Source: an uncultured Actinomycetota bacterium
GTDB taxonomy: Bacteria; Actinomycetota; Actinomycetes; Jiangellales; Jiangellaceae
Length of the DNA stretch: 64,000 nt
NCBI GenBank assembly: GCA_963712175.1
Contig: CAVQGZ010000008.1
Coordinates: 212,011 to 276,010, forward strand
Direction: 5' to 3'
The stretch's first letter is position 1; the number at the start of each line of letters is the position of its first letter. The notes under the pieces were generated by a model that had not been told where the DNA came from, did no database searches, and worked only from the letters and a program-made list of their open reading frames with translations. This document shows positions 34,948-43,557 of the stretch, piece after piece. The position numbers and the translations under genes are program-made.

Positions 34948-37130
34948 GCCTGCAGCGTGACCACGGTTGACGCGGCAGGGGCCGCCTGGGCGTCGCGGGC
35001 GATGACGACGCGGTGCTCACCGTGCTCGAGCGCGAACGCGTCGTGTCCCTCGTCGAAGTACGCGACGGCTCGCCGGTCGATGCTGACCCGGGCACGCACG
35101 CTCACCCCGGGCGCCGCGCTCACCCGGGTGAACCCGGCGAGCTGTCGTCGCGGGCGCACGACCTCGACACCCGGGGGCTCGACGTAGACCTGCACGACCT
35201 CGTCGGCCGCGACCGCACCGGTGTTGGTGACGTCGACCTCGACGATCAGGCCGTCGTCGGTGCTCGTCACCACGAGGTCGTCGTAGCCGAAGGTCGTGTA
35301 CGACAGGCCGAACCCGAACGGGAACGCGGCCTCGACACCGTCTCGGTCGAGCAGGCGGTACCCGTGCCACAGGTCGTAGGTGGTCTCGTGCGCTCGCGGG
35401 TTGAACGGGGGAAGGTGCGCGTGCTCGGTCGGGACCGTGAACGGCATCCGGCCGGAGGGCGCGACGCGCCCGAGCAGGATGTCGGCGAGCGCGTGACCGC
35501 CCTCCATGCCCGGGTACCAGAGCAGGACGAGGCCCGCGACGTCGTGACGCCAGCTCTCGGTGATCACCGCACCGCCGGCCATGAGCACGACCACCGTCCG
35601 GGGGTTGGCTGCTGCGACGGCGCGGACGAGTGCCTCGTCACGGGGGTCGAGCCGCAGGTTGGTGCGGTCCCCGGCCGTGAACCCGTCGGCCGCCGCGGCC
35701 GCGGGACCCACCGGCCGGTGAACCACGGCGGCAGCAAGAGCCCTGGTGAGCGCAGGCCAGCGTCGTTGGAGGGTGCGAGCGGGTACGCGCCGGCGCAGCC
35801 AGTCCGGTGCTGGGGCATGGCGGAGGGTGGGGCCGATGTCACTCAGCTCGATGTGCTCGCCCTCGTCCCGCCAGGTGAGCCCGACGACCACGACCGCCGC
35901 ATCGGCCCGCGCGGCCAGGCCGGCCGCCCGCTGCTGGTCCTCCCCTGTGCTGAAGGTGACCTCCAGCTCCGGGCCCGCGGCCTGCTTCAGGCCGGCCAGC
36001 GGGGTCACCACGTGGGTGGGGCGGGTGTCGGACGAGCCCCGGTCACCCAGGTTGGGTTCGTCGGCGAGGCGCCCGATCATGGCGACGGTGCCCGTCGCGG
36101 GGAGTGGGAGCGCGGCGTCTGAGTTCTTGAGCAGGACGATCGACGAGGCTGCCGCGTCCCGCGCCAGCGCCCGGTGCTCGTCGCAGCCCAGGAGGGAGCG
36201 GGGGTAGCCGCCGGCGGGGATCTCGCGTTGAGCCCGCAGCATCCGCTCGACGGCGTCGTCGATACGCGAGCGTGGAACCCGGCCCGCCGCCACGGCCTCA
36301 CCCAAGCCGGAGTCGAGCACCAACCGGTGCGGCATCTCGAGGTCGAGACCGGCGTTGACACCGGCCTCGGCGTCGCGGACCCCGAAGAGGAAGTCGGTGA
36401 CGACGAAACCTCGAAACCCCCATCGCTTCTTCAGGATGTCGGTGAGCAGCGTCGCGTTCTGGCCGCACCAGTCGCCGTTGACGCTGTTGTAGGCACTCAT
36501 GACTGCCATCGCGCCCGCGTCGACGGCAGCCTTGAACTGAGGCAGGTACACCTCGTGCAGCACGCGCGAAGTCGCGCGCACGTCGAGCCTGAGCCGCGCC
36601 GAGTCGATGGAGTTCAGGGCGTAGTGCTTGGCGCAGGCGATCGCGTGGCGCTGCACCCCGGCCACCAGTGCCGACCCCATCGCGGCGAGGTGGACTGTCT
36701 CCTCGCCGTAGGTCTCCTGGGCGCGGCCCCAGCCGGGATGGCGAAGCAGGTTGAGGCATGGCGCGCCCAGAAGGTTGGCCCCGACGGCCCTCGTCTCACG
36801 TCCGAGCACGTCGCCGATGCGCTGCTCGAGGTCGACGTCGAAGCTGGCGCCCCGGGCGATCGGGGCGGGGAACGTCGTGGCCCCGCCTTCCAGGGCGACT
36901 CCGCGCGGGCCGTCCACGAAGTGCAGTCCCCCGATGCCCAACCGGGTGACGACGCCGGCGGGCCAGGGGTGGCGGTGGTAGGCGTCGTGGCGGATCGTGT
37001 CGATCACGCCGGACCAGAAGTCCGTGTCGCCGTCCAGCATCTCGAGCTTCTCCTCGAGCGTGAGCCGGTCGAGCAGGTCGGCAATAGCGCGCTCGGCGCG
37101 CTCGTCCGGTTCCCGATGGGGGCTCGCCAT
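34929..37130 (-). CDS. glycoside hydrolase family 3 beta-glucosidase
   Basis: 733 aa: KHYALNS, GFRGFVVTDF (nucleophile region), a C-terminal GH3 domain and an Fn3-like end. Confidence 0.9.
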   Translation of the reverse strand: MASPHREPDERAERAIADLLDRLTLEEKLEMLDGDTDFWSGVIDTIRHDAYHRHPWPAGVVTRLGIGGLHFVDGPRGVALEGGATTFPAPIARGASFDVDLEQRIGDVLGRETRAVGANLLGAPCLNLLRHPGWGRAQETYGEETVHLAAMGSALVAGVQRHAIACAKHYALNSIDSARLRLDVRATSRVLHEVYLPQFKAAVDAGAMAVMSAYNSVNGDWCGQNATLLTDILKKRWGFRGFVVTDFLFGVRDAEAGVNAGLDLEMPHRLVLDSGLGEAVAAGRVPRSRIDDAVERMLRAQREIPAGGYPRSLLGCDEHRALARDAAASSIVLLKNSDAALPLPATGTVAMIGRLADEPNLGDRGSSDTRPTHVVTPLAGLKQAAGPELEVTFSTGEDQQRAAGLAARADAAVVVVGLTWRDEGEHIELSDIGPTLRHAPAPDWLRRRVPARTLQRRWPALTRALAAAVVHRPVGPAAAAADGFTAGDRTNLRLDPRDEALVRAVAAANPRTVVVLMAGGAVITESWRHDVAGLVLLWYPGMEGGHALADILLGRVAPSGRMPFTVPTEHAHLPPFNPRAHETTYDLWHGYRLLDRDGVEAAFPFGFGLSYTTFGYDDLVVTSTDDGLIVEVDVTNTGAVAADEVVQVYVEPPGVEVVRPRRQLAGFTRVSAAPGVSVRARVSIDRRAVAYFDEGHDAFALEHGEHRVVIARDAQAAPAASTVVTLQACLLPD

Positions 37131-37144
37131 GTGGCCACGCTACG

Positions 37145-37630
37145 GTGACGGACGTGAGCCTTCTCGACCACTCCACGTCGCTGCCTGAGGTCACCCGGCA
37201 GGCCGGCGAGATCCTCATCATGGAGGGCGACGCGGTCTCCGAGCTGTTCGTGCTGGTTCGCGGCACCGTGGTGGTCGAACGCGACGACGTCGCCGTGGCC
37301 CGCATCAACACCCAGGGCGCGATGTTCGGTGAGATGTCCCTGCTGCTGCGCAAGCCCGCGACGGCGACGGTGCGGTGCGAGAGCGACGTCGTGCTGAGGG
37401 TGTCCGACGACCCCGAGACGTTCCTGGTGCAGCAGCCGGCAGCTGCGCTGGAGGTGGCCCGGGTACTGGCCGGGCGGGTCGACGGGCTGACCCAGTACCT
37501 GGTCGACGTGAAGCATCAGTACTCCGACCTCGAGGGTCACCTGGGCATGCTCGACACGGTGCTGGGGGCCCTGACGTACGGCCAGCGACCACGCGCCCGG
37601 CCCGGCTCGGTTCGCGACCCCCAGGGCTGA
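37145..37630 (+). CDS. cyclic-nucleotide-binding domain protein
   Basis: 161 aa: ILIMEGDAVSELFVLVRGTVVV..., GAMFGEMSLLLRKPATATVR is a cNMP-binding fold. No DNA-binding domain. Confidence 0.75.
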   Translation: MTDVSLLDHSTSLPEVTRQAGEILIMEGDAVSELFVLVRGTVVVERDDVAVARINTQGAMFGEMSLLLRKPATATVRCESDVVLRVSDDPETFLVQQPAAALEVARVLAGRVDGLTQYLVDVKHQYSDLEGHLGMLDTVLGALTYGQRPRARPGSVRDPQG

Positions 37631-37647
37631 TCCAGCGCCGACCACCC

Positions 37648-38367
37648 TCACCAGAGGTTGGTCGTGTCCTGCTCGCCGAGCCCCGTCCAGGTGGCGGTGT
37701 TGGCGTCGGTGTCGATCCAGACGTGGGGCGGAGCGCGTCCGATCTGCTTTCCGGGGTTGATGACGAGAGTGGAGCCGAGGCGGTCGTACCAGCCGCCACC
37801 CTCGACCCATGGAGCCTGGTGGATGTGGCCGCAGAGAACCACATCGGGGCTCAGCTCGGCGATCCAGCCGGCGAGGTCCTCATCCGGGAACGTCCGTCGT
37901 CCGTCGAAGCACAGCCGGCTGCCCGCGGGCGGTGCGTGGTAGAGCCAGACCCAGCGTTGCGGGCGCTCAGCTGCGGCGGCCCGCAGCTGCTGCTCGACCT
38001 GCGAGCGCGTCGACGGCCCGTCCCACCAGGGCGCGATCGTGACGCGGACCCCATCGAGGTCGATGCTGTGCCCGTCGGTGTGCAGCCCGGCTACGCGCTG
38101 GCCGGCGAGCCAGCCGGCAACCTGCTCGCCGAGCGCGCCGGGCCCGTCGAGGTCGTGGTTGCCCGAGCAGGCCGCCACCGTCGTGCGGTCGGCCAGGCGC
38201 TGCAGGTAGGCCCCGACCACGACCGCCTGGGCCTCGTGCGGCACCGCGGCGACGATGTCGAGCAAGTCGCCGGCGATGGCGACCAGGTCGGCCGCGCCTG
38301 CTGCCTCCACCAACCAGTCGTAGGCGGGCAGGCGGTAGTGAAGGTCCGAGACCGCCAAGACGCGCAC
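37648..38367 (-). CDS. metallophosphoesterase
   Basis: GTG 38367. VLAVSDLHY, IAGDLLD, GNHD, LCGHIH are calcineurin-like motifs. The tracked ORF extension to 38901 is Arg-rich and looks non-coding. Confidence 0.8.
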   Translation of the reverse strand: MRVLAVSDLHYRLPAYDWLVEAAGAADLVAIAGDLLDIVAAVPHEAQAVVVGAYLQRLADRTTVAACSGNHDLDGPGALGEQVAGWLAGQRVAGLHTDGHSIDLDGVRVTIAPWWDGPSTRSQVEQQLRAAAAERPQRWVWLYHAPPAGSRLCFDGRRTFPDEDLAGWIAELSPDVVLCGHIHQAPWVEGGGWYDRLGSTLVINPGKQIGRAPPHVWIDTDANTATWTGLGEQDTTNLW

Positions 38368-38417
38368 GGGCGAACGATTCCACAGTCCGACGGCGGCATC
38401 GGCCTCCGCGTGGCACG

Positions 38418-38987
38418 GTGGCTCAGGTGAGCGCGAGCCGTCCGCTGCTGCTGCTGGACGTGGACGGGGTGCTGAACGCCTTCGGCGCCTGGGAGCGGAT
38501 CGACCACCGCCTTCCCCTCGGTCGCGGCAACGTCCGTGTTCCGCCCGGCTTTGCCGCTGCCCGCGCCGACGGCTACGAGCTGCTGCTGCGACCCGAGCAC
38601 GCCGAGTGGGTCCGCGGCCTGGAGCAGGTGTTCGACATGGTCTGGGCCACGATGTGGCAGGAGCGGGCGCCAGTGGGGCTGGCGCCGGTCGTCGGGTTCG
38701 GCGCCGACTGGCCGTGGATCGACTTCGCCGCCCATCAGACCCGCACCACCACGCAGCGAACGGGGTGGGGGGTGGGCAGCTACAAGTTCCCCGGGGTGCG
38801 AGCGACCGTCGGGGACCGCCCGACAGTGTGGATCGATGACGACCTCGAGCCGGCGATCTACGAGTGGGCGGCCCAGCGTGACTCGAGCGGCATCCCCACA
38901 CTCCTCGTCCAACCCCATCCGGACGAGGGCTGGACCGCGAGCGAGCGCGACGCCGTGCTGGCCTTCGCCGACGCGCTGCAGACCTGA
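38418..38987 (+). CDS. HAD-like hydrolase family protein
   Basis: LLLLDVDGVLN motif I, VWATMW, WIDDD motif IV-like. Confidence 0.7.
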   Translation: MAQVSASRPLLLLDVDGVLNAFGAWERIDHRLPLGRGNVRVPPGFAAARADGYELLLRPEHAEWVRGLEQVFDMVWATMWQERAPVGLAPVVGFGADWPWIDFAAHQTRTTTQRTGWGVGSYKFPGVRATVGDRPTVWIDDDLEPAIYEWAAQRDSSGIPTLLVQPHPDEGWTASERDAVLAFADALQT

Positions 38988-38988
38988 C

Positions 38989-39474
38989 TCACACCGGCTG
39001 GTCGACCCGGCAGGCGATGTCTCCGCGCAGCCGGACCAGCAGGGCCCACGTCAGCAGCACCACCCCGAGCACCGCAAGGTAGGGCTGGACGGGGGCGAAC
39101 CACTGGATCGCGCCGGTGGTGCCCAGGGCGAGCAGCACCAGCTTGTTGCAGACCGGGCAGCCCACGGCGAGGTAGGCCACGAACCCACCAGCAGCACCCA
39201 GCCTGCCGGGGCGGTCGACCTCGGCGCTGCGCGGGTCGCCCGTTCGCACGTAGGTAGCCGCCAGCAGGCCGCCGAGCAGTGCGGCCAGCACGAGAGCGGG
39301 GTACGACCACCAGGTGACCTCGATCGAGCGACCGAAGACCGGGTTGGGGACGACGTCCGTCGGCAGCCCGATCACCAGAAGGGTGACGAGCGCGGCTGCG
39401 AGGGCGACCCACCACCGTCGGGCGGGCCACTGGCGAAGGGCCGTCGCGGCGTCGCTCAACGAGGTAGGCACCAC
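38989..39474 (-). CDS. membrane protein with intramembrane CPVC motif
   Basis: Four TM helices and VGCPVCNK inside a helix. Start placed at GTG 39474 (or 39471), because the tracked start 39489 lies inside the palindrome at 39481-39496. Confidence 0.6.
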   Translation of the reverse strand: MVPTSLSDAATALRQWPARRWWVALAAALVTLLVIGLPTDVVPNPVFGRSIEVTWWSYPALVLAALLGGLLAATYVRTGDPRSAEVDRPGRLGAAGGFVAYLAVGCPVCNKLVLLALGTTGAIQWFAPVQPYLAVLGVVLLTWALLVRLRGDIACRVDQPV

Positions 39475-39480
39475 GTCAGG

Positions 39481-39496
39481 ATACCCCACGGGGTAT
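39481..39496. promoter_or_regulatory. CsoR/RcnR-family-type operator-like palindrome
   Basis: ATACCCC-AC-GGGGTAT (flanked gg...at), immediately upstream of the CPVC membrane protein gene. Confidence 0.45.
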
Positions 39497-39508
39497 ATGT
39501 GGAGCGGG

Positions 39509-40486
39509 TCAGTGGCGTGTCCGGCCGCGAGCCTTCAGGCGCGAGTTCGGTAGCTCGGGGGCGTGCAGCCACGGACCGTCGTAGCCATGGACGGTTCCGA
39601 AGCGCTCGTCCTGGGCCTCCCATTGACGGCGCGCCTCGACGATGGCGTCGTGGTCGGTGCCGACGAAGTTCCACCACATGACGATGTGCTCGTCGAAGGG
39701 CTCTCCGCCGATCAGCAGCGCTCGGGCCGGTGCATGAGCCGAGAGTGCGACGTCTCGTGGACCCGGTGGCAGGTAGAGGAGCTCGCCGAACCGGACGGTC
39801 CGTCCGGCCACCTCGATGTCGCCCTCCATCGCGAGCACGGCGTGCTCGAACGAGGCCTCGAGCGGCAGGAGCCCCGCGCCGTCGGCGTCGAGCGTCACGT
39901 CGGCTCCGACCAGGGGTGAGTAGGCCCTCGCCGGCGACTGGGCGCCGTCCATCGAGCCGATGACCACCTGGGCGCGGACGCCGCCGACGTCGAGCACCGG
40001 AAGACTCGAGTGGTGCTCGAAGTGCGGGTCCACGTCTCGGCTGGCCGACGGCAGCGCGACCCACAGCTGGACCCCGGCCAGCCGCTGGGTGGTGCGCTGA
40101 GCCGGGGCCGGCGTCTCCTCGGAGTGAGCGATGCCGCGCCCGGCCGTCATGAGGTTGAGCTGCCCGGGGGCGATCATCTGCTCCGAGCCGAGTGTGTCGC
40201 GGTGCAGCACGTCGCCTTCGGAGAGCCACGAGACGGTCTGCAGGCCGGTGTGCGGGTGCGGAGGCACGTCCATTCCCGTCGTGCCTGTCAGGTCGTGGGG
40301 CCCGTAGTGGTCGACGAAGCACCAGGCCCCCACCATGCGGCGGTCACGGTGCGGGAGCGTGCGACGCACCGTCATGGCGCGCGGGCCGCCCAGGGGAACC
40401 TCGCGGGGGCCCAGGAGCTCCGGGGAGTCGTCGACCGTCGCTCCGCCCGCCGAGGTCTCGGTGGGGCGCTGCTCGAGGTTGCTCAT
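39509..40486 (-). CDS. pirin family protein
   Basis: 325 aa: HPHTGLQTVSWL..., GIAHSE, bicupin layout. Confidence 0.9.
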   Translation of the reverse strand: MSNLEQRPTETSAGGATVDDSPELLGPREVPLGGPRAMTVRRTLPHRDRRMVGAWCFVDHYGPHDLTGTTGMDVPPHPHTGLQTVSWLSEGDVLHRDTLGSEQMIAPGQLNLMTAGRGIAHSEETPAPAQRTTQRLAGVQLWVALPSASRDVDPHFEHHSSLPVLDVGGVRAQVVIGSMDGAQSPARAYSPLVGADVTLDADGAGLLPLEASFEHAVLAMEGDIEVAGRTVRFGELLYLPPGPRDVALSAHAPARALLIGGEPFDEHIVMWWNFVGTDHDAIVEARRQWEAQDERFGTVHGYDGPWLHAPELPNSRLKARGRTRH

Positions 40487-40512
40487 GCTCGGACGCTAGG
40501 CCAGCGCACGGG

Positions 40513-41511
40513 CTACAGCACGTCGTGGCCCGGGTGCGGCTCAGCGGGGATCGTGCCGAGCTTGCCCGCCTGGTAGTCCTCGAACGCCTCGACGAGCTCA
40601 GCCCTGGTGTTCATGACGAAGGGTCCGTACGCGGCCACCGGCTCACGGATGGGCTCGCCACCCAGGATCAGCACGTCGAGGTTCGGGCTGCGCGACTCCT
40701 GGGCTGCGTCGGCGCGCACCGTGACGGTGTCGCCGGAGCCCAGGACGGCGAGCTGGCCCATCCGCAACGGCCGGGCAGCGGTGGTGACCGAGCCCTGGCC
40801 GGCCAGGGCGTAGACGAGCGCGTTGAAGTCCGGGCGCCAGGGCAGGCGCAGCTCTGCGCCGGGGGAGATGGTGGCGTGGACGAGGGAGATGGGCGTGTGG
40901 GTGCTGCCCGGTCCAGCGTGTTCCCCGACCTGGCCGGCGATCACCCGCACGAGGGCCCCACCATCGGGGGAGCGCACCAGCGCGACGTTGCCGGCCTTGA
41001 TGTCCTGGTACCGCGGGGCAGACCACTTCTTCGCCCGTGGGAGGTTGACCCAGAGCTGGAAACCATGGAAGAGCCCGCCGCTCATGACGACGTGCTCGGG
41101 TGGGGTCTCGATGTGCAGGAGCCCGCTGCCGGCGGTCATCCACTGCGTGTCCCCGTCGGTGATCAGCCCACCACCGCCGTGGCTGTCCTGGTGGCGCAGC
41201 AGCCCGTCCAGCATGTACGTCACCGTCTCGAAGCCGCGGTGCGGGTGCCAGGGGGTGCCCTTCGGCTCGCCGGGGGCGTACTCGACCTCACCCATCTGGT
41301 CCATGTGGATGAACGGGTCGAGAAGGCGCAGGTCGACGCCGGCGAACGCGCGACGCACCGGGAACCCCTCACCCTCGTACCCGGACGGAGCGGTGGTCAG
41401 GGAGACGAGCGCACGGTCCTGTGTCGACGCCGGCGCACCGACGGAGACGGAGGGGACGGCAAGGACGTCGTCGACGGTCACAGCAGGCATGGGCGCTCCT
41501 TTGGGATTCAA
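40513..41511 (-). CDS. pirin family protein (paralog)
   Basis: 332 aa: WHPHRGFETVTYML, QWMTAGSGLLHIE, GFQLWVNLP. Confidence 0.9.
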   Translation of the reverse strand: MNPKGAPMPAVTVDDVLAVPSVSVGAPASTQDRALVSLTTAPSGYEGEGFPVRRAFAGVDLRLLDPFIHMDQMGEVEYAPGEPKGTPWHPHRGFETVTYMLDGLLRHQDSHGGGGLITDGDTQWMTAGSGLLHIETPPEHVVMSGGLFHGFQLWVNLPRAKKWSAPRYQDIKAGNVALVRSPDGGALVRVIAGQVGEHAGPGSTHTPISLVHATISPGAELRLPWRPDFNALVYALAGQGSVTTAARPLRMGQLAVLGSGDTVTVRADAAQESRSPNLDVLILGGEPIREPVAAYGPFVMNTRAELVEAFEDYQAGKLGTIPAEPHPGHDVL

Positions 41512-41582
41512 GGTAGTTGCGGGGTCAACAAAAGGGAAGCCGGGGTCATTCCCCGATGTTGGTGCCCGGCTACGGTCGGCAC

Positions 41583-42225
41583 ATGCGAGTCGTGGTGCTG
41601 GGCGCAGCGGGTCAGACCGGGCGGATGGTCGTGGACGGTCTGGTCGCCCGAGGAGACGACGTGACCGGAGTGGTCCGCTCGGCGGAGAAGCTCGACGAGC
41701 TGCACGACGCGGGAGCCTCGACGCTGCGGGCCGACCTCACCGAGCTGGCCCCGACCGAGCTGCGCGCGCTGCTCGACGGCGCTGACGCGGTGTTCTGGGC
41801 GGCGGGCTGGCTTCGGCGACGACCCCGCGCTCATCGACGGTGACGCGTGCGTCGCAGCTCAGCAGGCCGCCGACGAGGCCGGAGTCGGGCGCTGGGTCCA
41901 GGTCTCGTCCATGTACGCCGACCGCCCCGAGCACGGTCCAGCGTTCATGTCGGCGGTCCTCGCCGCCAAGGGCCGATCGGACGCCTCACTCGCCGCCACC
42001 GCGCTGGGCTGGACGGTCATCCGCCCCGGCGGCCTGACGAACGACGTGGGTACCGGCCAGGTCGAGGTGGGTCACCAGCTGCACGGCGGCACGGTGTCGA
42101 GGGCTGATCTCGCAGCAGTGGCCGTCGCGTGTCTCGACGTCCCGGCGACGGCGCGTCGTGGCTTCGACCTCGCGAGCGGGTCGACCCCGATCGAGACCGC
42201 CCTCGACGGCCTCGCCGTGGCGTGA
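41583..42225 (+). pseudogene. NAD(P)H-binding (NmrA/atypical SDR) protein, frameshift near 41808 as assembled
   Basis: MRVVVLGAAGQTGR... runs to ...AVFWAAG in frame 0, then GFGDDPALIDGDACVAAQQAADEAGVGRWVQVSSMYAD...IRPGGLT continues in frame 1 to 42225. Confidence 0.75.
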
Positions 42226-42287
42226 CGCGGATGACAGGCAGGAATGGACGGCAAGGCTGCCGGGTTGCGCGCCTATGAACGCTGACC

Positions 42288-43529
42288 GTGGCAGCATCCC
42301 CGAATGGTGACGACCACCCATCGGTCGTCCTCTACGGCGCCGACTGGTGCCCTGACTGCCGCCGGTCCAAGCGGTTTCTCACCGAGCAGCGGGTGGGCTT
42401 CACCTACGTCGACCTGGAGAAGACGCCGGAGGCGACCGCCGAGGTCGAGCGGCGCAACGACGGCAAGCGCATCATCCCGACCATCGTGTTCCCGGACGGC
42501 AGCCACGTGTCCGAGCCCACCAACGCCGAGCTGGCCGACGCCCTCGGCCTGCCCCGCGAGGCCGCCCAGGACACCTACGACGTCATCATCGTCGGCGGAG
42601 GTCCGACGGGGCTCACGGCGTCGATCTACACGGCCCGCGAGAACCTGCGCACCCTGGTGATCGACCGCTCGGCGCTCGGCGGGCAGGCGGGAGTCACCGA
42701 GCGGCTCGACAACTACCCGGGGTTCCCGGACGGCGTCGGGGGAGCCGAGCTGGCCGACCGCATGGTCACCCAGGCCAGGCGCTACGGCGTCGAGACGCTG
42801 CAGGCTGTCGACGTCGAGTCGATCGAGGCCGACGGCAACTCCGTCCGAGCCGGGCTCTCGACGGGGCAGAACCTGAACGCCGGGGCCGTGCTGCTCGCCA
42901 CCGGTTCGACGTATCGCCGAACCGGAGCCACCGGCGAGGAGGACCTGATCGGGGCCGGTGTGCACTTCTGCGCCACCTGTGACGGGCCGTTCTACTCCGG
43001 CGCCGAGGAGGTTCTGGTGATCGGCGGTGGGAACAGCGGCCTCGAGGAGGGGCTGTTCCTGACGCAGTTCGCCCAGCACGTCACGGTCGTGGAGTACGCC
43101 GACGAGCTCAAGGCCAGTCGCCTGCTGCAGGACAAGGTGGCCGAGCACGCAGGCATGACCGTGCTCACCGGGACTGAGGTCGTCGCGTTCGAGGCGGCCG
43201 AGGGCGGCGGCTTCGCGGCTGTGCGGCTGAAGAACCGGGCCACCGGCGACGAGCGGCGCCACGAGGCGTCCGGAGCCTTCGTCTTCGTCGGGCTCGACCC
43301 GAACACCGGGTGGCTGGGCGGCGCGGTGCAGACCGACTCCCGCGGGTTCATCGAGACCGACCGGACGTTCGCGACGTCGATCCCGGGTGTGTTCGCCGCC
43401 GGGGATGTCCGGGAGGGCTCGACCAAGCAGCTGGCTTCCGCCGTCGGTGAGGGCGCCGGTGCTGCCCTGCAGATCCGATACCACCTGGACAGCCTCGCCC
43501 AGGTCCGACCGGCGGGGGCGAGACGCTAG
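42288..43529 (+). CDS. glutaredoxin-like domain fused to thioredoxin-disulfide reductase
   Basis: N-terminal VVLYGADWCPDCRRSKRFL (Grx/NrdH-like CxxC). Then VIIVGGGPTGL, CATCDG, VIGGGNSGLEE, GVFAAGDV of TrxB. Confidence 0.85.
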   Translation: MAASPNGDDHPSVVLYGADWCPDCRRSKRFLTEQRVGFTYVDLEKTPEATAEVERRNDGKRIIPTIVFPDGSHVSEPTNAELADALGLPREAAQDTYDVIIVGGGPTGLTASIYTARENLRTLVIDRSALGGQAGVTERLDNYPGFPDGVGGAELADRMVTQARRYGVETLQAVDVESIEADGNSVRAGLSTGQNLNAGAVLLATGSTYRRTGATGEEDLIGAGVHFCATCDGPFYSGAEEVLVIGGGNSGLEEGLFLTQFAQHVTVVEYADELKASRLLQDKVAEHAGMTVLTGTEVVAFEAAEGGGFAAVRLKNRATGDERRHEASGAFVFVGLDPNTGWLGGAVQTDSRGFIETDRTFATSIPGVFAAGDVREGSTKQLASAVGEGAGAALQIRYHLDSLAQVRPAGARR

Positions 43530-43557
43530 CCCCCTGGCTCCTCCCGCCGGTGCGGGG

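Noticed and set aside
37145-38987. cNMP-binding protein + metallophosphoesterase + HAD-like protein as a cyclic-nucleotide signalling or defence module.
   Set aside because: The genes are on alternating strands (+, -, +) with separate promoters. There is no cyclase or effector, and the association is not supported by anything visible in the sequence.
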